DNA of 64,000 nt, taken from positions 1 to 64,000 of the IMG/VR virus record IMGVR_UViG_3300012985_000010; one strand, written 5' to 3'. This document shows positions 19,488 through 29,382 of the stretch, piece after piece. Each line of letters opens with the position of its first letter. Position 1 is the first letter of the stretch. The notes beneath the pieces were generated by a model, which made no database searches, was not told the origin of the DNA, and saw nothing but the letters and a program-made list of their open reading frames with translations. Origin of the DNA: a virus. Position numbers and translations under genes: made by a program.

Positions 19488-19922
19488 TTAGCCCTTGATT
19501 CCAATCGCAATGTAGTGAACGCCTCTAGCAATACCGCTGTTCTGTCCCCAGTAATTGTATGAGAATCCTGAGGAACTGACATTCTTGATCTGCACGGTAC
19601 CGGCTACATAGTGAGCCGTGTATGAGGTTGCCACTACAATTGGGGGGCCTCCGAACGCCTTGGTGAACGTGACGTTATACGCCGAGGAAACGCCGCTCTT
19701 ATTTAGACCGACATTTCCGTTGTTCTTGTAAGACGCCTCGATCTGTACCTGGGTCTTGGCATTAGAGAAATTCCTCTTGTCGCGCGCAAGGTGTCCTAGG
19801 ACGAGCGGCTGCTCTTCCTTTAGCGCGTAGAGGTTGTTGATGATATTGACCAATGTTTCAAGGTCCGCTGGCTGACCAGCAGGAATCTCAATATCGTCTC
19901 GCCACTGTGTATCTGAACCCAT
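19488..19922 (-). CDS. Minor tail protein (H-type lectin / gp53-like C-terminus)
   Basis: 'VTFTKAF..PPIVVAT...SGF...YIAIG' pattern. Confidence 0.65.
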   Translation of the reverse strand: MGSDTQWRDDIEIPAGQPADLETLVNIINNLYALKEEQPLVLGHLARDKRNFSNAKTQVQIEASYKNNGNVGLNKSGVSSAYNVTFTKAFGGPPIVVATSYTAHYVAGTVQIKNVSSSGFSYNYWGQNSGIARGVHYIAIGIKG

Positions 19923-20353
19923 TACAAATCTTCCCCATCCTGATGTGAATTTATCTCGCTGTCAGAGACAATGAGCGCCTGGCTACCCTTAACCCCAATG
20001 TACTCCAAAGAGTCCGGGTCGGTTATCCACCGCTTCTTGCTGTCTGACACTAAATACATTTTACCATCGGCTATACTCTGAATCAAAGTTCCGTCGCGGA
20101 ATCCAATGGAGCCGCTGATCTTGTACTCAGAAATAGTCACCTGGCGGGCCTGGGCCACCGGAATCTGCCATGACTGGAACGCCCTCTCAGATACAAACCT
20201 AAAGAGAGAGTCCTTCTTCACATAGTAGAAGTCTCCGTCAACCTGAACCGCAATACCTGATGGGTACTTGTACGGCTTTAGTGGAATCTTAGGCGTCGGA
20301 GGTGCTAGGACCGGTGCCGGGGTCTGGGCTGGTTGCTTCTGCCGCTGCCACAT
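19922..20353 (-). CDS. Hypothetical protein
   Basis: Two 'G..Y.V...' repeats; start uncertain (20353 or 20392). Confidence 0.6.
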   Translation of the reverse strand: MWQRQKQPAQTPAPVLAPPTPKIPLKPYKYPSGIAVQVDGDFYYVKKDSLFRFVSERAFQSWQIPVAQARQVTISEYKISGSIGFRDGTLIQSIADGKMYLVSDSKKRWITDPDSLEYIGVKGSQALIVSDSEINSHQDGEDL

Positions 20354-20489
20354 TTGATAGATCCCTTTCCTGATAGCCCTGAATAACTTCATCGCGGTCT
20401 CGAAGTTCTGCTCGTAGAATCGCGTTGTCTACTGTTAGATTTCCAATGACTCCCTTTAGGTCGTCAATGATTACCTGTACGTCTGCCAC
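20289..20489 (-). CDS. Small coiled-coil protein (possible fibre chaperone)
   Basis: AAGGAG RBS, TGGTATGAT -10 upstream. Confidence 0.6.
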   Translation of the reverse strand: MADVQVIIDDLKGVIGNLTVDNAILRAELRDRDEVIQGYQERDLSNVAAAEATSPDPGTGPSTSDA

Positions 20490-20524
20490 TTATGGCTCCT
20501 TTCGTCTCTACTTATCATACCAGA

Positions 20525-23500
20525 CTATGAATTGACGATGGCTTCGAGTTCAGCAAGACGTCTGGTCAGGTCCTGAATCTTGGCGATGGCTGGTACCACC
20601 AGGCGCTTATAGTCAATAGTCTGGATAGTACCGTCTGGATCGCGCTGGACGAACAGGTCCCAATTAGGGTCGTCTGCCATTTCCTCAGCGATGAATCCAG
20701 CCTGGTCCGGTGCTTCGTCGCCAAACTCTTCGACATCTGCAATTGCCTTGTACACAACTGGACGTAGGGCGAGGATGTCGTAGTCATCGTATGTCTCAGT
20801 CCTGACATCTGTCTTGTACCTAATAGACGAGGAAGGGTATCCAATAAGACCGGAAGAGTTTAGTACCAAATCCCTAGTAGATGCAAGCGGTGTTGAGTAT
20901 GGGCCACGGGCGGTGAGGCCACAGTCACCGGCAAAGGTTGCCATCTGATCACCAGACAGGTTTCCAGGCGTCAACTGAAGCGTAGCCCTGACCGAGTACG
21001 AGGTGTACGAAGGCGAGGTGATCAGCGTTGAAATGGTGTCAGAGTAAAGCAGTCCAGGTGAAAGACCGGCTGGCGGTGATCCATTGTTAGGGTAAAGGTA
21101 GACGACGCCTGTACTAGAGATAAGAATTCCACGGGTGGTAGAGCCAGGGTCAGAGTCCAGGCTGAACGATCCAGTAATTGTCAGGGCACCGCTAGATGCT
21201 GACAGGTTGAACGACTGTACTCCGCTGGAGTTGTACCCAAAAAGACCAGAGTTACTTAGCAGGATTCTGGCGGCAGAGGTTGCGCTCTGAAGCGTAAAGG
21301 CACCAGCGTTTGTCAGGGAGACGGTCTTTGTTCCACCAGAGTTGTATGCTGCCAACTCGGAGTTTGTCAACTGTACGCGTGCGCCCGAGGCTGCTGACTG
21401 AATGGTGAACGAGTTACGCGCAATTAGAGCATTGTACTCAGCATTTCCATCTGAGGTTACCTGCCAACCGCTTGTTCCGGTTACGAAGTTGGCAGACTGC
21501 ATAAGGGATGCAGCGCCATCTGTTGGGTTGCCAGCACCGGCACCGACAACAGCATTTCCACGGATCAGTACGTTTGCAAAGTTTGCGTATCCATTCGTGT
21601 TGATACTCCAAACCGGCTGTACGACACCGTTGATACTCACGGTTGCGGTCGAGGTGATTTGTCCAGTACGAATCGAGGCACCATCAATTACCGTATTATC
21701 AGGGTACTTGTATGTGGTTGCCGAGCCGCCCTGCTCGAACTGTAGGGCAGACATTTCATGGTACCCCTGGCTGAAACTGTGGAATCCAAGAACGATTGCG
21801 GTTGTCGTGGCACTAGTGGTGAACGTCCAGGTTTTTCTGGTCTGCGCCGAACTGACCGTCTGCGATCCAGAGTCGACAATAGTACCGTTCTGATCCTTGT
21901 ACCTTACAAAGAAGGTACCTGAACCGTACATTGTTGGGTAGAAACTGAACGTGTAGGTGGTACTTGGTGTTACAAAGATGTTGTAGTCAGTCGAACTCTT
22001 ACCTAGCCAGAATCCGTTGTTTGTATTGGCCGGGGTTGCATTGTTTGCATTCCAAACGAGGACAGACTTGTTGTCGATGCTAGAAGCCAGGTAGTTAGAC
22101 CCGATACCGGAACCGACATAGACTCCATCGGTAAGCCAGGTGATGGCATTAGGTACGGTCGAGTCATATAGGTATGGACCCCAATCGAACATGGAGTAAA
22201 CGGCTGGGATGTAGTTGGTGACACCAGTAGTGAACGACTGTGCTGAAATACTACCCTGGTTAATCTCTAGACCGTCCCTGCCAAGCCTCCATCCAGAGAC
22301 ACCGGGCGTATAGTTACCAGACTGAATAAATCCGCGCTGGCCCTGAACAACAATGGTTCCAGGGTTGTTTAGCAGGTCTCCCACCCTCAGGTCGTTTGTG
22401 AATACAGTTCCTGAGGTGATCTTATTGGCATTTAGGTTCGTAATCTTTGCATCTGTAATGGTTGCGTACGCAATATTAGCAGCACTGATAAGTGGAACCG
22501 ACTGCCCAGATGATGTTGCAGAGAGAACGGAGCCACGGTTTCCAGCCTTGTCTACGCCAACAACAGCAGCGTACCAAGTCTGCGCTGTGTTGGTGGAGGT
22601 TCCACCATCTGTTGAAGGGATTGAGAACAGCCCGCTTGGGGCTGGACCGGCCCCCATGATTCCATTTGGCTTTGTGACTCCAAGGGTTGCTGGTACCGGC
22701 GTGGTCGTGGAAAGGTAGACCTCGTAATATGAGAGGTCTGGATTCATAGGCGTTGTATTGTCAGACTGCAGGCCGCTGTGCGAGACCTGAATCATGGTCT
22801 GGTTAGATGAAACCGTAGGTGCCGCTGGCGTGGAAGGTCCAATAAGGTCCTTAGCGGTAAGCAGAGGATATGTGCTAGCACTTACCCATGCAGACATGTT
22901 ATTGAACTTGTCATACGAGGCAGTCTGGACATAGTAGTTTGTATTTGCAATAAGGTCGGCAAGGGTCACGGTCTGACTCGTTGCGACCGTTGCGCTGCCG
23001 GGTCCAGACGGTGTAGAGCCGTCCATTAGAGGAACGTCGACTATTGTCCAGGGTCCAGTGCTTCCAGTCGAGAACCTCAACTTATGACCAGAAAGGTCCG
23101 TGTCACCAGTTTTTGATGTCCAGGTTGCCGTTAGGTTGGCCGTGTACCCCGTTGGGTCGCCAAGGTTGGATGTTGTTGTTACCGTCGCTGCATTAGGCGT
23201 TGCTGGCGGTGTAACGTCGACGAGACCTGGGTTTGTAGGCGTCATGGCAGCAGTTACCGAGTACGGTCCAGGCTGGTTGAACTTGTCGTAGAATGCAACC
23301 TTAAAGTACATAACAGAAGCATATGAAAGCGTGACGTACGTCCAACTGTTTACGTCACCAGAGAAAATACGACTGGCACCAGTGGTGTTTGCAGCGTTGG
23401 TTGTACCGACCCATACCTCAGCGTACTGGTAGTCATCGAATGCAGCCTTGTCCCACGCGAGGCTGATCTTGTCTGGACCGGCTGTACCGACAACGTTTGT

Positions 23501-23938
23501 GGCCTGTGTAGGGGCAGGGTTGTCAGCGTATACGGACGGAGTCCATGTGACAGGCTTATTTCCAGTCCTGTCTACAGGACGGATTTCAATACGGATGTGT
23601 GGGCGTGGAGTGGTAAAGAAGGCCACGTTGTCAGAGAAGTTAAGAGTGACAGTCTCACCAGCGGTCTTGAACGTTGGTGAATAGTTGCTGCCGTCATAGG
23701 TCCAGCGAACCTCGTAGTGAGAGAAGTCGGTTGGCTTTGAAGCGTATGACCACTGTGAAACAAACGTGTCTCCAACAGGCACACACGTTGGAGTTCCAAC
23801 AGCCGGAAGAGCGCCAGTGTCAGAGGTAACGGGCAGGGTGAATGTATGACTCCATTCAGAGAAAGCCTCTCCGTTATCTGCCCTTACCTGAACGGCGTAG
23901 GTCTTTCCTGGCTGTAGCGATTCGAGGTACAACAGCAT
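20525..23938 (-). CDS. Minor tail / central fibre protein with FnIII-like repeats and C-terminal S74-type intramolecular chaperone
   Basis: FnIII-like segments; 'SSIRYK..V....LRPV.Y....GFIAEE...IDY' chaperone motif with terminal coiled coil. Confidence 0.85.
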   Translation of the reverse strand: MLLYLESLQPGKTYAVQVRADNGEAFSEWSHTFTLPVTSDTGALPAVGTPTCVPVGDTFVSQWSYASKPTDFSHYEVRWTYDGSNYSPTFKTAGETVTLNFSDNVAFFTTPRPHIRIEIRPVDRTGNKPVTWTPSVYADNPAPTQATNVVGTAGPDKISLAWDKAAFDDYQYAEVWVGTTNAANTTGASRIFSGDVNSWTYVTLSYASVMYFKVAFYDKFNQPGPYSVTAAMTPTNPGLVDVTPPATPNAATVTTTSNLGDPTGYTANLTATWTSKTGDTDLSGHKLRFSTGSTGPWTIVDVPLMDGSTPSGPGSATVATSQTVTLADLIANTNYYVQTASYDKFNNMSAWVSASTYPLLTAKDLIGPSTPAAPTVSSNQTMIQVSHSGLQSDNTTPMNPDLSYYEVYLSTTTPVPATLGVTKPNGIMGAGPAPSGLFSIPSTDGGTSTNTAQTWYAAVVGVDKAGNRGSVLSATSSGQSVPLISAANIAYATITDAKITNLNANKITSGTVFTNDLRVGDLLNNPGTIVVQGQRGFIQSGNYTPGVSGWRLGRDGLEINQGSISAQSFTTGVTNYIPAVYSMFDWGPYLYDSTVPNAITWLTDGVYVGSGIGSNYLASSIDNKSVLVWNANNATPANTNNGFWLGKSSTDYNIFVTPSTTYTFSFYPTMYGSGTFFVRYKDQNGTIVDSGSQTVSSAQTRKTWTFTTSATTTAIVLGFHSFSQGYHEMSALQFEQGGSATTYKYPDNTVIDGASIRTGQITSTATVSINGVVQPVWSINTNGYANFANVLIRGNAVVGAGAGNPTDGAASLMQSANFVTGTSGWQVTSDGNAEYNALIARNSFTIQSAASGARVQLTNSELAAYNSGGTKTVSLTNAGAFTLQSATSAARILLSNSGLFGYNSSGVQSFNLSASSGALTITGSFSLDSDPGSTTRGILISSTGVVYLYPNNGSPPAGLSPGLLYSDTISTLITSPSYTSYSVRATLQLTPGNLSGDQMATFAGDCGLTARGPYSTPLASTRDLVLNSSGLIGYPSSSIRYKTDVRTETYDDYDILALRPVVYKAIADVEEFGDEAPDQAGFIAEEMADDPNWDLFVQRDPDGTIQTIDYKRLVVPAIAKIQDLTRRLAELEAIVNS

Positions 23939-24864
23939 TATAGGCTGAACCTCATCGTGTACTCAATGTCCATGTCAATGTTTGCAACCTTTGGGATTGC
24001 TGTCACGACTGCGCGTGAAACAAGGGCTGACAGTTCATCAGAGATATTTGCGTCCATTACTGAGATACCGTCAAGGGCTACGGAACATGTACCACCAGCA
24101 CCGGCGGTGGTGGTGATCTTAATCTGCGTCACGTTAGTCCAGTCGTTTACCCAGTTGGTAAATACGCTCATGTTCTGGTTTAGCAACTGCGCCTGGAATA
24201 CACCAGCACCGGCAGTATGGGTGGCTGGGGTGTAGGTGTAATACAACGAGTACCCCGCTGAGTTAATAAACTCCAACTTTACACTAGCGCAGTTTGTGTC
24301 GAAGGTTCCGAACTGTAGCGCGAACTTGTCAGTGGCGACGTACTTGCTCAGGTCCCATACACCATTTAGTGTGAGGATTGAAGTGTTGTTGGCTGGAATG
24401 GAGTTGATCTTAATTGCGTCCGCGCCGAGCCTGACGTTTGTTGCGTCCGCTGCAATGGCTGGACCGTTTGCTACCGCCCAACCCTCTCCCGTCGACTCCA
24501 TCAAGGCGAAGACCCTATTTGACACACCACGGTTAGCGGTGTTGGCTGAATCAACAACCAGTCCGCACTCGGTAATCTTAGCGGCTAGCCCCTTGGGCAG
24601 GGAGCCTCTGAATACGATATCGAACGTTGAATAGTCCTTTACTGCCTTTAGGTCGACTGGTACACGGGCTACCTCGAAGTACAGATTAGCGTCACCCACA
24701 CCGGCTGCGGTGTTTACGGTGCCAACAACGAGACCGCCGCCGAACTCTGGAATCTGTCCAGCCAGGTACCTAATGATAGCCTTCTTGCCGGTGGTGGTGA
24801 TTAGGTTCTTACCCTCTCCGACACACTCACCGTTCGCGTAAAAGCGGTAAATTCCCTCAATCAT
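23938..24864 (-). CDS. Minor tail protein
   Basis: 'NLITTTGK.AI', 'ITECGL', 'DIEY' motifs; tail module context. Confidence 0.75.
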   Translation of the reverse strand: MIEGIYRFYANGECVGEGKNLITTTGKKAIIRYLAGQIPEFGGGLVVGTVNTAAGVGDANLYFEVARVPVDLKAVKDYSTFDIVFRGSLPKGLAAKITECGLVVDSANTANRGVSNRVFALMESTGEGWAVANGPAIAADATNVRLGADAIKINSIPANNTSILTLNGVWDLSKYVATDKFALQFGTFDTNCASVKLEFINSAGYSLYYTYTPATHTAGAGVFQAQLLNQNMSVFTNWVNDWTNVTQIKITTTAGAGGTCSVALDGISVMDANISDELSALVSRAVVTAIPKVANIDMDIEYTMRFSL

Positions 24865-25157
24865 TAGACGAACCTGATTTCATAGTTAGTTGCCCCGAGG
24901 ACTTCCTGTACGTTCAAAACTACGTCGACAACAATCTGACCGTCAGAGAGAGCCCTTGTCTGCTGCGATTCAATAGAGATACTCTCTGGGGCCTCGATCT
25001 GGATGCTGACACCAGCCGCATTCGGGTCCTCATCAAACTCGTCGGTATCCTCATCAATTACCTCATACGGAGTTACAGCAGGGCCAGCGCCTGGTTCTTG
25101 GAAGGTCGCTGGCTGCTGGACAATTTGATTAGAGGTGATTTGCGTAGTAGTTGTCAT
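24864..25157 (-). CDS. Small minor tail protein, leaderless
   Basis: ATG 6 nt after a TTGACT-N17-TATAAT promoter. Confidence 0.65.
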   Translation of the reverse strand: MTTTTQITSNQIVQQPATFQEPGAGPAVTPYEVIDEDTDEFDEDPNAAGVSIQIEAPESISIESQQTRALSDGQIVVDVVLNVQEVLGATNYEIRFV

Positions 25158-25163
25158 TTACTG

Positions 25164-25192
25164 ATTATATCCTCGTCCCAGGTTAAAGTCAA
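25164..25192 (-). promoter_or_regulatory. SigA/HrdB-type promoter
   Basis: TTGACT-N17-TATAAT on the minus strand. Confidence 0.7.
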
Positions 25193-28100
25193 CTGGTCCT
25201 GACCGCCGTGACCTTCGTTTCCAGACCCGCATTCCAGGTATTGCTGATCCTGTTAAGGACGAACGTTCCTGGGTCCGCAGCGTCGTGGACGATGGCTAGA
25301 GAGTCAGACAGTTGCAGCAACGGATTGCCGAACAGTTCAATTTCGTACCTATCCTTCTGCTTTCCGAAGTTATTGAAAATCCATTCAGCCAACTTATTTG
25401 CAGCGTCGGCTGTCTGAATCCAGGTGGCGTCGAATGACAACTCCTGCTCTCCGCGCCTGCGGATTGAAGCGTCATCCTTCTTTTCGATCTTCTGAGGTTC
25501 GGCCTGGAATACAGTCTTTCCCCAGATATAGAAAGCAGACTTCTCGCCTGAACGTGGGACATTGGCGAACTCGCCCTCTGGCTTGGATAGGAACTGGTAC
25601 TGATTCGTCGTATTTACGATTCGCACGTTAGCACCCATAGGTCCAGGGTTGAAGAAGTAAAGACCGACGTTAGGGTTCGACATGTAAATCTTGCTGTGGA
25701 GGGCCGGTACAGCCGTGTACCTGTAACTCTCCGTCAGCAGTTCACGGGCGAACGGGTAGTTGTTTCCAGTAAAATCATCAACCTCGATGTCAATTGACTT
25801 CGTCTGGTTGAAGGCTGCAAGGTACAGTCCGAACCTGTAGTCAAGGAGGCTCTTGTGGGCTGCCTTAGCGTCTGCCGCGTCGGTCATTTCCAAAATGTAG
25901 TCATTGTCCGGGTAGAACAGTTTAGTCTCTGCTGGCAACTTCTTGTACTCCTTGCCAGATGGGAAGTCAATTGAGTAGAACTTGTCTACTCGCATCTTGC
26001 TTCCACCGGTAACAAAGAAACCAGCCCAGTTGTTCCTAGCCACGACCGAGCCCGCTGGCTCTAGGAAAACCTTTACGCAGCGGTTGTCAATGTAGACAGC
26101 AAATGCGCTCTTGTCGTCCTTAGTGGTCATTCGGATGACCTCCATGTAATGCCAGGTGTTGTACTTGACATTGGTGTGGTGCTTCTCGAAGAAGTCAGTC
26201 TGCTCCTCCTGTACCGTCGTCTTTGGAGCAGCAACCTTCATAGCCGTAGGGGTGCCGTCATTTTCAATACGGTAAGCCTTTGTCTCTCCACGAACAGTAG
26301 CGTCGCCGGAGACACTTGGGTCTCCGATTTCAGTGACCTGGAAGACGTACCCCTTGTGGTCCTTGGCTCCCTGTGGGAATAGCATTAGACCGACCGAGCC
26401 GTATGGCTTGGACTCGATCTTGAACTTCATTCCGACGCGGTTGAATGAGCCACCCGTGTTCTTGAATGCAGTTACGCGGTTGTTCTTCCTATTGGTCAGT
26501 GATGGGTTGTTTAGGAGGACTCCACCGGCTCCGTCCAGCCAGATGTTCTGAGGGCAGTTTGCAGACGCCGCAAGGTTTCCGTCGATGTGGTTACGAACCT
26601 TGAACTCGTTTAGCAACTTGTACTTGGCGCTACGGTGGTTCTTGACCGGAGCCTTCTTCAACTTTAGCCTACCAGTAAACAGTGGTGGCCTTCCGTTATT
26701 CGCCTCGACGGCAGCCCAGTAGTCAGTGGCATCGTCGCATAGATAAAGCGTAGAGCCAACCTTGTATTCCTTAGCCGTGTACTCCAGGTGCTCACCGTCA
26801 ACGATGATCCTACTCTTGAATCGTGGCATCTGGTCAGACGAAGTTGACCTAATGACAGCGTACTGGTCACCGATCAGAAGGTCTGCGTTTAGTTCACACG
26901 CGCCAATACCGTAGTCATCAGGTGCCTGCCAGAAGATTTGGTTTGTAGAGCCCGAGATGTTGAAGTCGTTTGTAGCACGGTAGTTTACGGAGACCTTATT
27001 GCTACCCTGCGCTGGCTTGTTGTTCAGGCTGATGATGTCAGGCTTCTCGGCACCGTTTGCGTGGTGACGAGCAGTCCAGTTAGCGGCACGGGTGTTGTAT
27101 AGGTACTCCTTCGTGTAAACGTTAAGAACACCGTCCTCACCGAAGACCATTGCCATCTGGCAGTCCTTTGCCAACTTGGTCAGAACCTCCCAGACCTTGT
27201 CGTCCTTCGAGCACCAGAAGTGGTCAATTACAGGAGACTCTCCAGCGACCGACTCAAAGACCCTAACATCCTTGAATCCAACACTGTCGCACAGAGCCCA
27301 TACGATCTGGGCTGCGTGGTACTTCTTTAGGAGTACGTCGGCGCAAGAGGCTTCCTGTAGCACTCGGGCGTAGTCTACAAGGGAGACGGTGCAGTTCTCG
27401 TCAGCGTTTACATCCCATGAGTCGGAAAGCATAGTTCCTAGTGGTACTAGACCGGCGCTCTCGTTTAGCCTTGGCGAGTAGTCATTTAGAGTGGTCCCTG
27501 GGTCCATCTGCATGTCTGTAACCCAGAAAGAGGAGCCCGCTGGTGGAAGGCCTCCAGCGGTCCTTAGAACCACCTGTAGTCCCATCCTGTGGTTGACACC
27601 AGTATATCCAGAATAGGCATATGAAATCCTCTGCCAGGTTCCGTCCATTACATAGTCGAGTGCGCCAGGACTTGCCTCTGTCAAATATCCATTGCTCGTG
27701 TCGTAGATACGCGGGCCAATACCGATCTTATAGCCAACCGGCCCCTTAATCCAGGCAGAGAGCACTACAGGCGTGGCTGCTGTGAAGAACTGCTTGTCTG
27801 GAATGAAGTGCATAAGACCCTGAGGGTTTACGATTGAGTCAGTGGTCACCTTGTAACTAGCATTTCCACTTCGATTGACGGTTGGGTCAGCGACCACGGT
27901 TGCGGCGAAGTACGGATTGGTCGTTGATGTATCAAGTCCGAACTTGGCCTGAGTGTTTGGAAGAAGATTGTTCTTTCCTCCGGTGACATTGTTGTAGTCA
28001 ACGTACAGCCTGATTAGCGCGTGCTCGTCGAGGTACGGAGAAATAGGACTGGTCAGAGCCTTCTTGTTGAAGAACCCCGTGTAGTTAGCCATATTCACAG

Positions 28101-28956
28101 AACCAGTGTTTGCGCTAATGACTCCGACAGGAGCGATCTCATCGTTCTCAGACAGAGTGTTCTCTACGTTGAACGTGTCAAGATACGAACCGGCATATGC
28201 CTCGATCTTGGCTGCAATCTCTAGCAGTTCGAGGCGGCATGAGCCACGGCTTAGAGAGGTGACGTTTACACGGACAGCCTTTACAGTCTTTAGGTTGTTG
28301 TTGGTGCCGTCGACATAGTAGTAGTTTGGGGAGGTTGACCAGTATCCGCTGTGTACCGGTGCCCATAGGTCGACCACGCCGCTACTTGGAACAACAACGT
28401 CTGTAGCGACTGTGGTGAATGTTGTACCGTCTGCAGAAATCTGTACGGTCCACTTTACAGGCTTGGTGACGTGGGTGTTGAACTTGATGCTGATCTTGTT
28501 TGCGTTAAGGGCAGATGGGTAGGTAATGGTTGGGGTTACGTTAGATAGAGGGTAACTTCCAGAAGAGATCGTACCGCTAGAGATTACCGGCGCTGCCCAA
28601 TACTTATACCTAGAGTCAGGGCCAATGTAGTAGAAGCGTGAGGCATTAGACTGCCTGCTTGCCTCGGTCATGCGCGCGTAGGAGTAGAACTTGTAGAAGT
28701 CCTTTGCTGCAGGGTCGTTGATTACATAGGCAATACCTGAACCATACTTGTCGAGGTCGGCAATTGACTTTAGTGGAAGCATGTTACCTGCACCATTCTC
28801 GTTCCATGCCTTGTCAATGGCAGGAGTTGTGGCTGGGTTGTCCACGACTGGAGTGTGGTATCGGTTCATGTTCCACTCAATTGTACATACAGGCTTCTCT
28901 CCAATGACGGAGGTGTTGTTCCTGATGGCAGTGTTAACCGTTGGGAAATTCTTCAT
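25189..28956 (-). CDS. Large minor tail protein (hub/Tal-like, with carbohydrate-binding-like inserts)
   Basis: 1255 aa, second gene after the tape measure; C-terminal 'GNPLLQL.D' motif. Confidence 0.8.
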   Translation of the reverse strand: MKNFPTVNTAIRNNTSVIGEKPVCTIEWNMNRYHTPVVDNPATTPAIDKAWNENGAGNMLPLKSIADLDKYGSGIAYVINDPAAKDFYKFYSYARMTEASRQSNASRFYYIGPDSRYKYWAAPVISSGTISSGSYPLSNVTPTITYPSALNANKISIKFNTHVTKPVKWTVQISADGTTFTTVATDVVVPSSGVVDLWAPVHSGYWSTSPNYYYVDGTNNNLKTVKAVRVNVTSLSRGSCRLELLEIAAKIEAYAGSYLDTFNVENTLSENDEIAPVGVISANTGSVNMANYTGFFNKKALTSPISPYLDEHALIRLYVDYNNVTGGKNNLLPNTQAKFGLDTSTTNPYFAATVVADPTVNRSGNASYKVTTDSIVNPQGLMHFIPDKQFFTAATPVVLSAWIKGPVGYKIGIGPRIYDTSNGYLTEASPGALDYVMDGTWQRISYAYSGYTGVNHRMGLQVVLRTAGGLPPAGSSFWVTDMQMDPGTTLNDYSPRLNESAGLVPLGTMLSDSWDVNADENCTVSLVDYARVLQEASCADVLLKKYHAAQIVWALCDSVGFKDVRVFESVAGESPVIDHFWCSKDDKVWEVLTKLAKDCQMAMVFGEDGVLNVYTKEYLYNTRAANWTARHHANGAEKPDIISLNNKPAQGSNKVSVNYRATNDFNISGSTNQIFWQAPDDYGIGACELNADLLIGDQYAVIRSTSSDQMPRFKSRIIVDGEHLEYTAKEYKVGSTLYLCDDATDYWAAVEANNGRPPLFTGRLKLKKAPVKNHRSAKYKLLNEFKVRNHIDGNLAASANCPQNIWLDGAGGVLLNNPSLTNRKNNRVTAFKNTGGSFNRVGMKFKIESKPYGSVGLMLFPQGAKDHKGYVFQVTEIGDPSVSGDATVRGETKAYRIENDGTPTAMKVAAPKTTVQEEQTDFFEKHHTNVKYNTWHYMEVIRMTTKDDKSAFAVYIDNRCVKVFLEPAGSVVARNNWAGFFVTGGSKMRVDKFYSIDFPSGKEYKKLPAETKLFYPDNDYILEMTDAADAKAAHKSLLDYRFGLYLAAFNQTKSIDIEVDDFTGNNYPFARELLTESYRYTAVPALHSKIYMSNPNVGLYFFNPGPMGANVRIVNTTNQYQFLSKPEGEFANVPRSGEKSAFYIWGKTVFQAEPQKIEKKDDASIRRRGEQELSFDATWIQTADAANKLAEWIFNNFGKQKDRYEIELFGNPLLQLSDSLAIVHDAADPGTFVLNRISNTWNAGLETKVTAVRTS

Positions 28957-29382
28957 TTATACCTCGATTAGGGTGAACGACAGGTCCCAGAAGTCGAAGT
29001 TTGGATTTCGCTTTCTGATTGAAAAGTCTGGTGGGGTGTCCCACATTACCGTGATTGTCTCCTCAGGGGAGGCAAGGGATGAGACGTTGCCGCTATAGAA
29101 CAACTTAAGGGTGAAGGAGCGGTTGGCGTTGAAGAAGTTGACAATTTCCTCTCCAGTCCAATAGCCGTCGACTGTGTACTGCGCCCTAGAAGGCACGTTG
29201 TCGAATGAGAAAGAGAACTTTCGCTTTGTGGCAATAAAACGCTCACGCATGGTTCCATCGGCCATGCGCTTAGCATTCTTCACGTCTTCCCTGGATACCT
29301 GAGTGGCCTTACGGTTGTGGTCAGTCACATATCCTGAGGTCGCGCCTTCAAAGCGGACTTGTGCCAGTAGAGGCAGTGGCAT
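28957..29382 (-). CDS. Distal tail (Dit-like) minor tail protein
   Basis: First gene after TMP; 'RMADGTMR...K..F' and 'F.L.EV' pattern. Confidence 0.75.
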   Translation of the reverse strand: MPLPLLAQVRFEGATSGYVTDHNRKATQVSREDVKNAKRMADGTMRERFIATKRKFSFSFDNVPSRAQYTVDGYWTGEEIVNFFNANRSFTLKLFYSGNVSSLASPEETITVMWDTPPDFSIRKRNPNFDFWDLSFTLIEV